Notes: generated by a model not told the origin, from the letters alone. DNA of 58,682 nucleotides from a virus (IMGVR_UViG_3300012685_000005:1-58682), one strand, 5' to 3'; positions 31,202 to 41,211 are shown, numbered from the stretch's first letter. A program made the numbers and translations.

Positions 31202-33348
31202 TGGGTATCGCCGTTCCCGCCGATGACATGCCCGACAATATCGTCCCTGCGGACGATATGCCCACCGAGCACGTGAGTTGGGCAGAAGAGAACTTGGCGG
31301 GTCCTGGCGAATTGATTGCGAGCACGATTGGCAATATCCCGCATGCGGTCGCGCATGGCGCCGTTGATCTCTATCGGCGCGTGACCGGCGGCAATACGGA
31401 TGCGCCCGATCCTGCGGCGGTTCGCGCGATCCAGGTGCCGACGGGTGCGGGGGGTCAGCAATTGGCGGGCGATATTTCCAGGATGATTCCACGATCAATG
31501 GAGGCGCAGCAGCCAGACGATACGAACATCCCGGAATTCAGTGCGGGGACGCAGAGCGTACTGCATCATGCTGGCGAGGTCGCAAGCGATGTAGGCGCCA
31601 TAGCCGGCGGCGCTGGATTGGTGAAAGGAGGTATTTCGGCGTTACGTGGCGCTATCGCAAAACCTCCTATTCCAAAGACCTTCACACCCGAGGAAGCCGC
31701 CGCGCAAACCGCCGCATCGCAGTCCATGGGCGCTGCGGGCGTGGCGCCCGATATCAGTGTCGCCCATCCCGCGCTCAAGACGGCGATATCTCAGGCAGCG
31801 CAGAAAACGGGCGGCGCCGTACATCCGGTCGCATTGGATCGTCACCTGGACACTGCGCAACTCGCCCTACCTGAAGGCTCTGAGCCGCTCAATCTGCGTA
31901 AAGGCCAGGCGACGAATGACGCGCAGCAAATCTCCGATGAGAAAAATCTGCGCGCCGACCCCGATACGCAAGGCATGCTGACCGACTCGATCACCGATCA
32001 AGATAATAAACTCGTCGCGAGCATGGGCGAGATTCGACGCCGTGCGACGCCAGATATCGTCCAGCGCAGCAATCCCGAACACGGTCAAGCCGCGATCGAC
32101 GCGATCAAAAATCAAGACAATCAGTCGGTATTGGACATCCGCGCGAAGTACAAAGCACTCACTGATGCGAATGGCGGTAATGTGCCGATCGACACCGGGT
32201 CCGCAATCTCTGGTATCGATGCCAAGCTAAAAAAAGGTTATCTCACTAGTACGGCGCAGGACAATGGGGTCATCTCGTCCGTCATGAATGATTTACGATC
32301 CGGCAAGCCCATTGACTTTGAATCCTTCGAGAACGCCCGAAGCCGTTTAGCCGAAATTCAGAGGCGCGGTGGCTCTGACGGCATCGCTGCCGGCATCGTC
32401 CATGACGCACTCGAAAGCATGCCGCTACCTCCAGACGCCGCACCATTGAAGGGGCTGGCCGATACGGCTCGATCGGCGGCCAAATCGCGGTTCGATACCA
32501 TCCGAGATAATCCAGCCTATGACGCGGCGGTCAATGACAACGTGCCCAAGCAAAAGGGACTGCACGTCATCGGCGCGCCATCACCGCTCGCAGATTCGTT
32601 CATGGATCGCTATGCGCTTGGTAATGGCGCGAATGCTTCGCGTGCATATATCCAGAGACTCAAAACCGCCGTTCCTGATCCAGTCGTGTCACAATCAATC
32701 GAAGCAGCGACACTCAACAAACTCCGCGACGCCGCCGGCATTGACACCTTCGGCAATGGCTCATTCCGCAATGCCTCCTATCGCAACGCCAACAACGCGC
32801 TCGCGCCTAAAGCCGATGCGCTGCTGAGTCCTGAGAGCATCGAGCACACCGCGCGACTACAGCGCGTCTCGGGTTACGTGAACGATGAAGGCAAAGCAAG
32901 TTCCGTGAATCGGTCGAATACATCGCTCGCGCTGCAACGATTCGGCGCGCAGTTCCCCGCAGAGCCCACAATCGCGGGTCAATTGGCGGACTACGGGACG
33001 GATGTCGCGGCCGGTCATCTAGGCCCCGCCGCCGTCGTCGGCAAGCGCATCGGCCAGACCATCTTCAAAAAGGCACATGACGCCAAGGCGTTAAAATCGG
33101 TACGGGACGCCAAATTGAAGTTTGCGACCGATGCGACGAAGCCTGGCGCGGGACTCGATGAGTTGCCAGCGAGCCGTCCATCACGCGCCACCGGCGGCAA
33201 AGTCGACAATGTCGACGCTCTGGTAAACCGCCTAATGACCAGATGGAAACAGGCAAAGCGCGCGACGGATCAGACGACGAAGCCCTTACTTAATATGCCG
33301 GACAGCGCGATCGTCCGCGCCCTAGACATCGCCCAGGAACACATCTAA
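31201..33348 (+). CDS. Internal virion / DNA ejection protein
   Basis: 715 aa helical, coupled to the previous gene; C-terminal RATGGKV. Confidence 0.65.
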   Translation: MGIAVPADDMPDNIVPADDMPTEHVSWAEENLAGPGELIASTIGNIPHAVAHGAVDLYRRVTGGNTDAPDPAAVRAIQVPTGAGGQQLAGDISRMIPRSMEAQQPDDTNIPEFSAGTQSVLHHAGEVASDVGAIAGGAGLVKGGISALRGAIAKPPIPKTFTPEEAAAQTAASQSMGAAGVAPDISVAHPALKTAISQAAQKTGGAVHPVALDRHLDTAQLALPEGSEPLNLRKGQATNDAQQISDEKNLRADPDTQGMLTDSITDQDNKLVASMGEIRRRATPDIVQRSNPEHGQAAIDAIKNQDNQSVLDIRAKYKALTDANGGNVPIDTGSAISGIDAKLKKGYLTSTAQDNGVISSVMNDLRSGKPIDFESFENARSRLAEIQRRGGSDGIAAGIVHDALESMPLPPDAAPLKGLADTARSAAKSRFDTIRDNPAYDAAVNDNVPKQKGLHVIGAPSPLADSFMDRYALGNGANASRAYIQRLKTAVPDPVVSQSIEAATLNKLRDAAGIDTFGNGSFRNASYRNANNALAPKADALLSPESIEHTARLQRVSGYVNDEGKASSVNRSNTSLALQRFGAQFPAEPTIAGQLADYGTDVAAGHLGPAAVVGKRIGQTIFKKAHDAKALKSVRDAKLKFATDATKPGAGLDELPASRPSRATGGKVDNVDALVNRLMTRWKQAKRATDQTTKPLLNMPDSAIVRALDIAQEHI

Positions 33349-34433
33349 TGCCGTCCACATTCACGACCAATAAATCCATCGAAAAACCGAGCGCAGGTTC
33401 CTATAACAACACGTGGGCAAATCCCGTGAACGCCGACTGGGACGACATCGACAACGCGCTCGGCGGCAATACCGCCATCGACGTGACCGGCGTCCTCGCC
33501 GGCACCTACGCGTTCACTTTGTCGCAATATCAGCCGCCGAACATCGTGTTCACCGGTACGCTCGGCGCGAATCTCATCTACGCATTGCCATCGACCGTCG
33601 GCGGCATGTGGAGTGTATTCAACAACACCTCAGGCGCGTTTTCGATGACGTTCACGTCCGGCGGCGGTGGATCACTCATCCTGCCGCAGGGTAAGCGGAC
33701 ACTACTAGTCTGCGATGGCGTCAACGTGCAGTTTGCGCAGACGGCGGTCGCCTCAGCTAATCCCACAGCGCACGTGGGGCTAGCCGCCGTCAACGGCACA
33801 GCGGGCACGCTGATGACCTCGGATTCGGCACCGGCGCTCGATCAGGGCATCGCGCCGACTTGGACGGGCGCGCATCGATTCAATGCGGGCGTGACGCTGG
33901 CGGGCGCCGTGAGCCTACTTAGCACGGAGACCTTGGGCGCGGGCGCGGTCATCGATGGCACAGCGGGCGTGGTCAATGTCCTCACGCAATTATTCGCCGA
34001 TAGTTCAACCAAGGCCGCATCGACGAAATTCGTCAAGGATAATTTCGCGCCATTGGCCTCCCCGCATCTTACCGGGCATCCTCAAGCGATCACGCAAGCG
34101 CCGGGCGATGCGACGGCAGATATTGCCACCGATGCATTCGTGGCCGCCGCGATCGCAGCGTTAATCACGCGCGCAGGCAATACGACCAATGGTTCGATCT
34201 CCATAGGACCGTTTTTGATCAATTACGGTCAGCATACGACCTCGGGCTCAAGCCCCGACGTGATTTCTTACACGACCCCATTTACGATAGCGGTGTTCAG
34301 CGTATTTCCCTATCTGATCAACGCGAATATGACGCAGTTCGTGAGTTCGGGATTTATTACCTCATTGAATAACTTCACGCTGAATTTTGGCGCGACGGGC
34401 CAACTCATGGGATGGGTTGCGATCGGAGTCTAA
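33348..34433 (+). CDS. Tail fibre protein
   Basis: MPSTFT...W anchor; APLASP-x-LTG-x-P and IATDAFV repeats; gp53-like tip ending WVAIG. Confidence 0.8.
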   Translation: MPSTFTTNKSIEKPSAGSYNNTWANPVNADWDDIDNALGGNTAIDVTGVLAGTYAFTLSQYQPPNIVFTGTLGANLIYALPSTVGGMWSVFNNTSGAFSMTFTSGGGGSLILPQGKRTLLVCDGVNVQFAQTAVASANPTAHVGLAAVNGTAGTLMTSDSAPALDQGIAPTWTGAHRFNAGVTLAGAVSLLSTETLGAGAVIDGTAGVVNVLTQLFADSSTKAASTKFVKDNFAPLASPHLTGHPQAITQAPGDATADIATDAFVAAAIAALITRAGNTTNGSISIGPFLINYGQHTTSGSSPDVISYTTPFTIAVFSVFPYLINANMTQFVSSGFITSLNNFTLNFGATGQLMGWVAIGV

Positions 34434-34657
34434 GGCTTCACTCCGGCATCATTCGTGAAGTCTGGCAGCCGTTTCTTGCGGTACCAGGGATGACCCGCGC
34501 GGATACGGCGGCGCGAACTGGGCTTCACCTTGATCGGCGTGAATTCGACGCTCTCCAATACCCGTGTGTCGGCGCGTTTGCGCGGCGTGCTTGAGAATGC
34601 CTGCTCGATCAGCGAATGCTTGACCTTCGGCACGGGGACAATGGGAGCCGGTCTCAT
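34430..34657 (-). CDS. Hypothetical basic protein
   Basis: AGGTG RBS and ATGA junction; last gene of the leftward arm. Confidence 0.45.
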   Translation of the reverse strand: MRPAPIVPVPKVKHSLIEQAFSSTPRKRADTRVLESVEFTPIKVKPSSRRRIRAGHPWYRKKRLPDFTNDAGVKP

Positions 34658-34684
34658 TCGCCACCTGGCCTATCACGTGCTGAG

Positions 34685-34978
34685 TTAATCGTCATCGCCG
34701 TAATCCTTTTCCTCTCCGCACGTCGCGCAATGCTTGCCGACCATGTCGGGGCCATCGACGGAATCAACCCATTCGTGCTCGTGATTGTCGCGCTCGATCC
34801 GCGCGTCGAGGTCCGCCTTGAACTTGACGATGCGTTCGTCCCATCCCGGCCGCCAGCTTTCGTTGAACAGCGCTTGCAACGCCAAATCATTCAGCGTCTT
34901 GAAGCCATCGAAGTGCATCGATCCGCCGTCGTGGTAGACGATGAAATACTTGCTGACGCCATCAGCCATTCCGCTCAT
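34685..34978 (-). CDS. Hypothetical protein
   Basis: Coupled ORF; HEHEW...CATCG. Confidence 0.55.
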   Translation of the reverse strand: MSGMADGVSKYFIVYHDGGSMHFDGFKTLNDLALQALFNESWRPGWDERIVKFKADLDARIERDNHEHEWVDSVDGPDMVGKHCATCGEEKDYGDDD

Positions 34979-35244
34979 AACTTTCCCCCTGGTTCAGTAG
35001 CCGGCAACGCCTCGCGCGCCACCGCGGCAGCCGCCTCTATCGTGTCGCACTCGAACAGGATCTTGCGCAGCGCCGCCTGCAATCTCTCGATGTCGGACTG
35101 CGCGCCGAGCGGGATCACCTTCGGCTTCAATTGAGCGATCGACGGTTCGAGATCCGGCGTCAGGTCAACCCGTTCGCGCATGGACTCAAGAGTGCCCTCG
35201 CGGACGAACCAGCGTTTGAGATAAGCGAGGGGTTCATTTGGCAT
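34975..35244 (-). CDS. Hypothetical protein
   Basis: AAGGA RBS before MPNEPL; IERLQAALR motif. Confidence 0.55.
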   Translation of the reverse strand: MPNEPLAYLKRWFVREGTLESMRERVDLTPDLEPSIAQLKPKVIPLGAQSDIERLQAALRKILFECDTIEAAAAVAREALPATEPGGKL

Positions 35245-35479
35245 GGTCGTTTCCTTGTGGATTAGTTTGTGAGCGTGGAGGCCGGCACCAACAATCCATT
35301 CGACACTCTCCGGTCTCAGGGTCTTGACGGTGCGGCCCCATATAGCTGCGCAGCCTGTCACGCTCCTCCCAAAGTTCCTCAATCGCCTCCCTGGCCTCGG
35401 TACTAAGTTCGTCCGGCGTATCGTCCTCGTTGAAAACCTCAGCGAGCCGGTCACATAGGCTTTGAAGGTCTCTATCCAT
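35234..35479 (-). CDS. Hypothetical protein
   Basis: Overlaps both neighbours; acidic with C-x-x-x-C-x-C. Confidence 0.5.
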   Translation of the reverse strand: MDRDLQSLCDRLAEVFNEDDTPDELSTEAREAIEELWEERDRLRSYMGPHRQDPETGECRMDCWCRPPRSQTNPQGNDHAK

Positions 35480-35669
35480 TGATGTGCGCGTCCCATTGTG
35501 ACTTCGTGAAGAACTTGACAGCCGCGGGCGGTCCGAACCAATGCGACCAGCACTTCGAGCAAACCCGGTTGATGCGCGGCGCTGGCTTGTCCCAATTGAC
35601 CGGAGACACCTTGTCGTAGTCCATGGTCTGGATCGCCGGTTTTGCGCATTTGCAGGGCTGCAGCGTCAT
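35472..35669 (-). CDS. Small Cys-rich (Zn-binding) protein
   Basis: CKC...CSKC; ATGA coupling. Confidence 0.55.
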   Translation of the reverse strand: MTLQPCKCAKPAIQTMDYDKVSPVNWDKPAPRINRVCSKCWSHWFGPPAAVKFFTKSQWDAHING

Positions 35670-35851
35670 TCGACACCTGCGGATTTGTCAGTAAGCCATT
35701 TGAGGATCAGCAAGAACGTATTAGCATCCATGGCGATCCCATGCTCGAACCGCATGAGCGTTGCCGCGCTAACGCCAATGTCTTTCGCGAGCGCGCGCAT
35801 GCTGATCTCGTGATGATGCCGATACGCCCGAATAACTTTGCCTAGCCTCAT
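35666..35851 (-). CDS. XRE-family HTH protein
   Basis: SMRALAKDIGVSAATLMRFEHG. Confidence 0.75.
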   Translation of the reverse strand: MRLGKVIRAYRHHHEISMRALAKDIGVSAATLMRFEHGIAMDANTFLLILKWLTDKSAGVE

Positions 35852-36045
35852 TCGCCACCTGTGGATGTAGGGGGATAACGCCAGTGCGTCGGACGGTAAT
35901 AGCAGTACATCGACATGTCCGGTAACCACCAGAGATTGCCAACGCGCTTGAGCGTTTGTTCATTGCGCAGCCCTTTCTCGTCGTCGATCTTTGTCTCGAC
36001 ATCGACGTTTTCAGGCGCGGACAGTGCTCCTTGCCAATCGCTCAT
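35848..36045 (-). CDS. Hypothetical phage protein (DUF551-like end)
   Basis: MSDWQ...AP...PTHWR; AGGAG RBS. Confidence 0.65.
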   Translation of the reverse strand: MSDWQGALSAPENVDVETKIDDEKGLRNEQTLKRVGNLWWLPDMSMYCYYRPTHWRYPPTSTGGE

Positions 36046-36072
36046 TTGGCTTCTCCTGAAGTAGATTGATAG

Positions 36073-37134
36073 CTAATTGGCTTTCGCAGCACGATCTTTC
36101 CACCCTCTAACGTTGGCCCGCGTCGGACCGTAGCTGTAAAGATCGGCCAATTGATTCGGCTCGAACTGATCGCAATGTGTGAGCACGAGTTTGTATTCGC
36201 CAGCCGCGTCCGCAGCGCAGCGGGTCCGCAACTCATCGTCGAGCCGCGCGAAGCGGATGCGGCCTTGGAATGGGTGATAGACGTTCGTATCATCGGCGTA
36301 AGAGAGCGCCGGATTCTCCCCAGGCAGCGGCCCCGCGCCGTGGCGCGTGAGATAGGTCCGCGACACATAGTAGGGCTCAACCTCAGTTATCCCAGCCTGC
36401 GCGCAGAGCGTCCGCACGTTCTTCATGCCGGTGCTGGAGTGCGTCACATGCGGGTGGAACTCCTTGCGATCCTGGTCAAGCAGCAAGCCCTGTGCGCCCT
36501 CGAAGATCGGGTCCCTGCATTGGCCTATACCGGCCGGATGCACGGCATCGGCGAACTCAGCGCACGCCTTGAGGAATAATTCCGTCATATGCGGCTCATC
36601 GATTGGCATGCCGGTGCGGAACTTGGCGTAGCGGTCGCAAATCTCGGCGATCTTTGCCGGGAGTGCGGCGGAGCGATTCCACAAGTCGCTCATCGTGATC
36701 TTGATCTCGCTGACGGCAGACCGCTGGATAGTTTCGTGGATGCCGACGCCGCAGCTACCGTGAGCCTGCGCGCCGCGCTTCATTTCCTTGCGCTGATTGA
36801 TGATCATGTCAGCGAAGGTCGATATCAAACAGTCAGGATGGGCGAACACGTCGGCGGTCACGCCCATTGCGTGTAATTGCGCCAATTCCCGAAAGTAGAT
36901 AATCGGATTGCAGATGAAGAATTGAGACAGAAAGGTCGGTACTCCGTACAGAGTACCGGACCCAAAATGCGCGAACACATGGCGCAGGCCTTCCGGCGTT
37001 GACACCGTGTGCCCGGCCTGCGCGCCGCCATTGAAGCGAACGACGACTTCGCCCCCTGTTTTGCACAGGTAATCGGTTATGAGGCCCTTGCCTTCATCGC
37101 CGAAGTTCGCTCCGATGACGGCGCGCGCCTTCAT
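36073..37134 (-). CDS. Divergent adenylosuccinate synthetase (PurA)-like ligase
   Basis: GANFGDEGKG, RFNGGAQAGHT, FEGAQGLLLD, RTYLTRHGAGP; 353 aa. Confidence 0.9.
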   Translation of the reverse strand: MKARAVIGANFGDEGKGLITDYLCKTGGEVVVRFNGGAQAGHTVSTPEGLRHVFAHFGSGTLYGVPTFLSQFFICNPIIYFRELAQLHAMGVTADVFAHPDCLISTFADMIINQRKEMKRGAQAHGSCGVGIHETIQRSAVSEIKITMSDLWNRSAALPAKIAEICDRYAKFRTGMPIDEPHMTELFLKACAEFADAVHPAGIGQCRDPIFEGAQGLLLDQDRKEFHPHVTHSSTGMKNVRTLCAQAGITEVEPYYVSRTYLTRHGAGPLPGENPALSYADDTNVYHPFQGRIRFARLDDELRTRCAADAAGEYKLVLTHCDQFEPNQLADLYSYGPTRANVRGWKDRAAKAN

Positions 37135-38042
37135 TATGGCGCTCCCAGCATCTTCGGTGCTGCACCCCGAGGCAGATGTTTGACCGCATCGAGCACTACC
37201 GCAGCCGAAGTACCCCAGCCGGCCGTGGAGGCGTGAGCATCGCGGCCTTCTGCCACCTCAATCGCAGACACGATGGTTTCCGCCAGTTTCGTATGGTCGT
37301 CCAGTTGGATGACGTGCTGTCCCATCAACGGCTGCCAGGTCGCCAGCACTCCCGAGAGGTTGCTGCGCGCGTGATTGCCCTCCTTGATGACGATGTGATA
37401 GCAGTCGTACATGCGCTGCGCTTCCTCTAGTAGCTCGGAACTGGAGTAGTCACGCTCCGCGCCATCGTCCAAGAATTGCAGCAGTTTGGCTTTCTTGAGT
37501 CCCGGCCCGATGGGCTCATCGCCAATCGTGAACAGATACCCGCGCTTGTCGCGCTTGATTAGCGAATCATGGACGGTATGCTTGGCAGCGAAGTACCACG
37601 GAAATTCGTAGCTCTCGTGCCCGTTGCCGCCGCCGTTGCCCTCGAGATAAATCTCAGTCAGTTGTTCGACGATGCGATTGTCCGCCTCGAACTGGCTGAC
37701 CTGCAGCGGCGCGGAGTCGCATTCCGCATCCCCGAAAGCCATGAACATCAAGTGCGGATTCGTGACCGGCTTGCGGGCCAGAATCGACTCGAACAAGATG
37801 CCGAGACCCTTCCGGGCGATCACATCGGCGATCATGCCCATGCTACCCGTTACGTCGATCGCCACAATGATCGGCGTTGCGGCCGGGCTATCGACGCTAT
37901 CGCGAGATTCGCGGACCTTGACGCCTTTTGGATTCAGCGCGTCTTTGATAGACCGCGACGTGTATACCTGCTCGGTCGTCTTGCCGACCGTCGTGCTTGC
38001 ATAGGCACGATACTTACCCGGATCGAATGTTCCACCACCCAT
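37134..38042 (-). CDS. vWA-domain protein
   Basis: MIDAS-type DVTGSM, GGGNGHESY, FTIGDE; TAATG-coupled to the PurA-like gene. Confidence 0.85.
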   Translation of the reverse strand: MGGGTFDPGKYRAYASTTVGKTTEQVYTSRSIKDALNPKGVKVRESRDSVDSPAATPIIVAIDVTGSMGMIADVIARKGLGILFESILARKPVTNPHLMFMAFGDAECDSAPLQVSQFEADNRIVEQLTEIYLEGNGGGNGHESYEFPWYFAAKHTVHDSLIKRDKRGYLFTIGDEPIGPGLKKAKLLQFLDDGAERDYSSSELLEEAQRMYDCYHIVIKEGNHARSNLSGVLATWQPLMGQHVIQLDDHTKLAETIVSAIEVAEGRDAHASTAGWGTSAAVVLDAVKHLPRGAAPKMLGAP

Positions 38043-38043
38043 C

Positions 38044-38205
38044 TCAATCTCCTTGGCGCATAGAGCGCCATTGTTTAAGTTCCTCGGAATCCACCCACAG
38101 ATGCCCGTTCGGCTTGAACGGGATCGGCCGGTCTAATGCGCCGTCCAGCTTCTCCAACTCCTCGATCTCGGCCGGGTCGGTGACCGGCGTGAATTTGTTC
38201 GCCAT
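38044..38205 (-). CDS. 53-aa hypothetical protein
   Basis: GAGGA RBS; MANKFTPVTDPAEIEELEK...; abuts the vWA start; below ORF-track cutoff. Confidence 0.6.
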   Translation of the reverse strand: MANKFTPVTDPAEIEELEKLDGALDRPIPFKPNGHLWVDSEELKQWRSMRQGD

Positions 38206-38362
38206 TGTCGTGTCCTCATGTTTCAGGGGACACTAAATCTATACCGCAATGACACGCACGGGAAGATTCCACTCCATGAGCGACGCGAAGCAAGACGGTG
38301 ATGAAATGCCGTAATTCATAGGGTTTGCGTTCATCGAGGTTCTACTTCGTCACCCGAATCGG

Positions 38363-38527
38363 TCATGGCGTCACTCTCTCAAACCACCTCACTAACGCGG
38401 CATACACCGACGGCTCCAGATAGATCACCTGCGCATTCCCATCGCCAGTACGCAGTTTGATCTGATAGCCGTCGAACGACGCATAGACCGCGTCACCCAA
38501 ATACTCTTCGCCTTCTTCTCTGCTCAT
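38363..38527 (-). CDS. 54-aa phage protein
   Basis: YLGDAVYASFDG...IYLEPSV motif; GAGG RBS. Confidence 0.6.
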   Translation of the reverse strand: MSREEGEEYLGDAVYASFDGYQIKLRTGDGNAQVIYLEPSVYAALVRWFERVTP

Positions 38528-38753
38528 TTGACTACTTCCTCACTCGATTGGAATGCGTGTGATTTCAGCCCCCGGATGCGCATCCCCCGAGGTGTCGGGT
38601 AGTTACTCCCAACGGTCGCCAGTTCGCCTTTCGGTTTCACGCATCTGGCAATGGGTCTCGCGTATCGTCCGGTATGGTTTCGACTAGGGTGATCGACCCC
38701 AGCTTGTCCTTGCTGATACCGTCGCTCTTGACCCACGAGCGGGTCTAAATTGT

Positions 38754-39527
38754 TCATCGCTTCTCTCCCCGGTCAGACTGTGCCTGTTTCGATGCGTAGC
38801 AAAACGGACACGGCACCGGCTTGCGCTCCAGGTGCATGCTGTCTTGCGGCTCGTTATATATGCCCGTGTCGTCGCAGGCATCGCACAGCGGCAATTGCTT
38901 CGCTGGCGTTTCCGCCTGTGGCGGATTTAGCGCGTCCTCGTAGGCAACCAGCGCGATGCGAGTTGCCCGCATCCAATGATTGTCGAGACCACCGAGATTA
39001 TTCAGCGTCAGATAATCAACCTGATCGTCGTAAAGGCCACGCAGAGCGAACTCTAGGTTTCGAGCCACTTCCTTCCAATCTATGTCGCTCATTTCGCCTC
39101 TCTGTACTGTTAATCCAGGTCCTTTCAGGCGATCGGGATGATGCGCGTTATGCGGGTCTTTTAAGTCCACGAGCGGTTCCGCAGTAGCCAACGCCGCGAC
39201 GCATTCCTTTTCGCTAATACGAATGCGGCTCAGGCTATATTCGTGCTTAACGATAGGCTCGATCTCGCGCAGGGCGTCGCGTGCACCGCGCAGCGCCGCC
39301 TCGAGCGCGGCAATCCTGCGGTCCTTCCAGAATTCTAGATACGACTCCAGCGGCTTGCGCGCTTCGGCCAGCTCGATCTCCAGATCCTGCACCCGCTGCT
39401 TGAGCGTCGCCGGCTTCATGTCGGACAGTTCGATTACTCGCGCCTGGGCTTGGGCCAGCTCGGCGGCGAGGGCGTCACGTTCAGCGATCAATACGTGCAC
39501 GTCCTGAAAATCGGTATGACTGCTCAT
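38754..39527 (-). CDS. Hypothetical mosaic protein (apparent fusion of small cassettes)
   Basis: Coiled coil, internal RBS plus ATG (GAGAGGCGAAATG near 39092), C-terminal CxxC...CxxC. Confidence 0.6.
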   Translation of the reverse strand: MSSHTDFQDVHVLIAERDALAAELAQAQARVIELSDMKPATLKQRVQDLEIELAEARKPLESYLEFWKDRRIAALEAALRGARDALREIEPIVKHEYSLSRIRISEKECVAALATAEPLVDLKDPHNAHHPDRLKGPGLTVQRGEMSDIDWKEVARNLEFALRGLYDDQVDYLTLNNLGGLDNHWMRATRIALVAYEDALNPPQAETPAKQLPLCDACDDTGIYNEPQDSMHLERKPVPCPFCYASKQAQSDRGEKR

Positions 39528-39904
39528 TTGCCAGCCTCTCTTTGCGCAGCGGAGTACATCGCATCTTCGAGAGCTTCCCAAGCCTGCGTGTATTCCGATT
39601 CGGTTACCGGCAGCCAGTTCTCGGCCAGGCTGTCATGCTTGTGGGTCTCGATTTCGATGCGCCCGGTTGAGGTCACCTGAAATCGGAACGACTTGCACCA
39701 CTGTCCATTGACCGACAGGATGCGGCGGAATAGCCACCACGATTCGCCGTCGCCACCGTAGCTGTTCTTGAACTTCTGACAGGTACCCACTAGCGGCGCG
39801 TGTTGCTTGTTGAGCTTCGTGTCCTTGCGCTCCTGCAATTCATTGCGCGCCGCGTACCCATCGGCCACGCGCTTTTCGAGTTGCTTGACGGTCAATTTCT
39901 TCAT
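39524..39904 (-). CDS. Hypothetical protein
   Basis: AGGA RBS; ATGA coupling. Confidence 0.6.
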   Translation of the reverse strand: MKKLTVKQLEKRVADGYAARNELQERKDTKLNKQHAPLVGTCQKFKNSYGGDGESWWLFRRILSVNGQWCKSFRFQVTSTGRIEIETHKHDSLAENWLPVTESEYTQAWEALEDAMYSAAQREAGK

Positions 39905-40269
39905 TGTTTTCCTGCCTTTGCAGATTGTGATGACCGGTCTAGCCGCTCGATTTCCGCGACCAGCAGCGCTGCGGCGCGCACTAAGTTCTGACGGCGAGTT
40001 TTCGGCTTGTACCACCAGCCCGCCCAATTCGGGGGCCATAAAGCCGGCACGTAGCTGACGAGCGGTACGAGAATTGTCTCGCCCGCGCTGCGCCCGTCAT
40101 CCCGGTAGTCTGTATGCCGGTCCGTCCGGGCCGAGGTCGGGTCCGCATAGACGATGGCAGCCAGCGCGAGAGAGCCGTCTGTATGCTCGTCGTCATGTTC
40201 GGGCGTCCAACCTTCCGCATTGACTTGGCGCATACGCTCGGCCCGCACATCGTCCATTGCCTTACTCAT
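39901..40269 (-). CDS. Conserved phage protein, possibly MazG-like all-alpha fold
   Basis: ER-x-RQ...EGWTPEHDD...LVRAAALLVAEIERLDR. Confidence 0.7.
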   Translation of the reverse strand: MSKAMDDVRAERMRQVNAEGWTPEHDDEHTDGSLALAAIVYADPTSARTDRHTDYRDDGRSAGETILVPLVSYVPALWPPNWAGWWYKPKTRRQNLVRAAALLVAEIERLDRSSQSAKAGKQ

Positions 40270-40654
40270 GTGACGCCTGGATTTTTGCAGAGGGCGAATG
40301 CTGGTCGTCCGGCGCGTGACTTCGGTTGATCGAGCGGGATGCCATAGCGCAACCGCGATTGGATGCAGGCACGACTCAAGCCGGTCTCCGCAGCCCACTC
40401 GCGGATCGACATGCGCCGGCCGTTGAACTCAAACACGGCGCGGCTCACTTTCGTCGCAGGCTTCCTCAACCTCCGCGAGCAGCTCGTCCCACTCGTCGTC
40501 CGTAGTTTGTTCGACCGAATGTGATGCGCAATACTCCGGGTCGCAGCGGCGCATGATGTCGGCGATTCTTTCGAGTAGTTCATTCATGCTTTCCTGTGCA
40601 GTTATTATTCGAAGCTAAGTACTTGTTACGCATCACAATCTTTTCCCGGTACTG

Positions 40655-40918
40655 TCATTTACGCTGCCGATGATCGCGCGCGGGTACCGTATCCGCGTTC
40701 GCCACCTGCGTCAGTTGATACGCGACCTCGCCCTGGATCAATCGCTGAATCTCGTCCTCGCGCACGTGAATTTCATGGGATAAGCGCTTATGCATGCGAT
40801 TGAAGCGCTCATCGCACTGCTCGTGCGCGATGTAGGGCTCGATGGGCGCACCGCGCACCCAGGCGAATAAGAGAAATCCTAAGGTGCCGCCGATGGCGAA
40901 GGTGAGACAATACAGCAT
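40655..40918 (-). CDS. Membrane-anchored hypothetical protein
   Basis: GGAGG RBS; N-terminal TM. Confidence 0.5.
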   Translation of the reverse strand: MLYCLTFAIGGTLGFLLFAWVRGAPIEPYIAHEQCDERFNRMHKRLSHEIHVREDEIQRLIQGEVAYQLTQVANADTVPARDHRQRK

Positions 40919-41211
40919 GGTTCCCTCCAATGAATTTAACGAATGACGCTCCCAACCCGATAATTGTTGCGCCGCCGCGTGGCGCGTTCCTGACGCGCTT
41001 CGACGTGGGCGCTGATGGCAACGCCGGCAGCCCATAACAGCGTCAGACCGCTGCCGACGAAGCAGAACAGGATGAAGGTGAGTTTGGCGGCGAACCAGAT
41101 GTGAGAGCTATCCATGTGCAATCTCCCAAATGAGGACGGCGAGGCAGTAAATGATGCCGAGAATGATACAGCAGGTTTCTAGGCGGTTGTCGGTGTGCAT
41201 GGTCACAGTTT

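Noticed and set aside
36073-37134. PurZ / 2-aminoadenine (Z) genome pathway
   Set aside because: The P-loop has Asp (GDEGKG), whereas PurZ and PurZ0 have Ser there; no DatZ or phage polymerase was recognised
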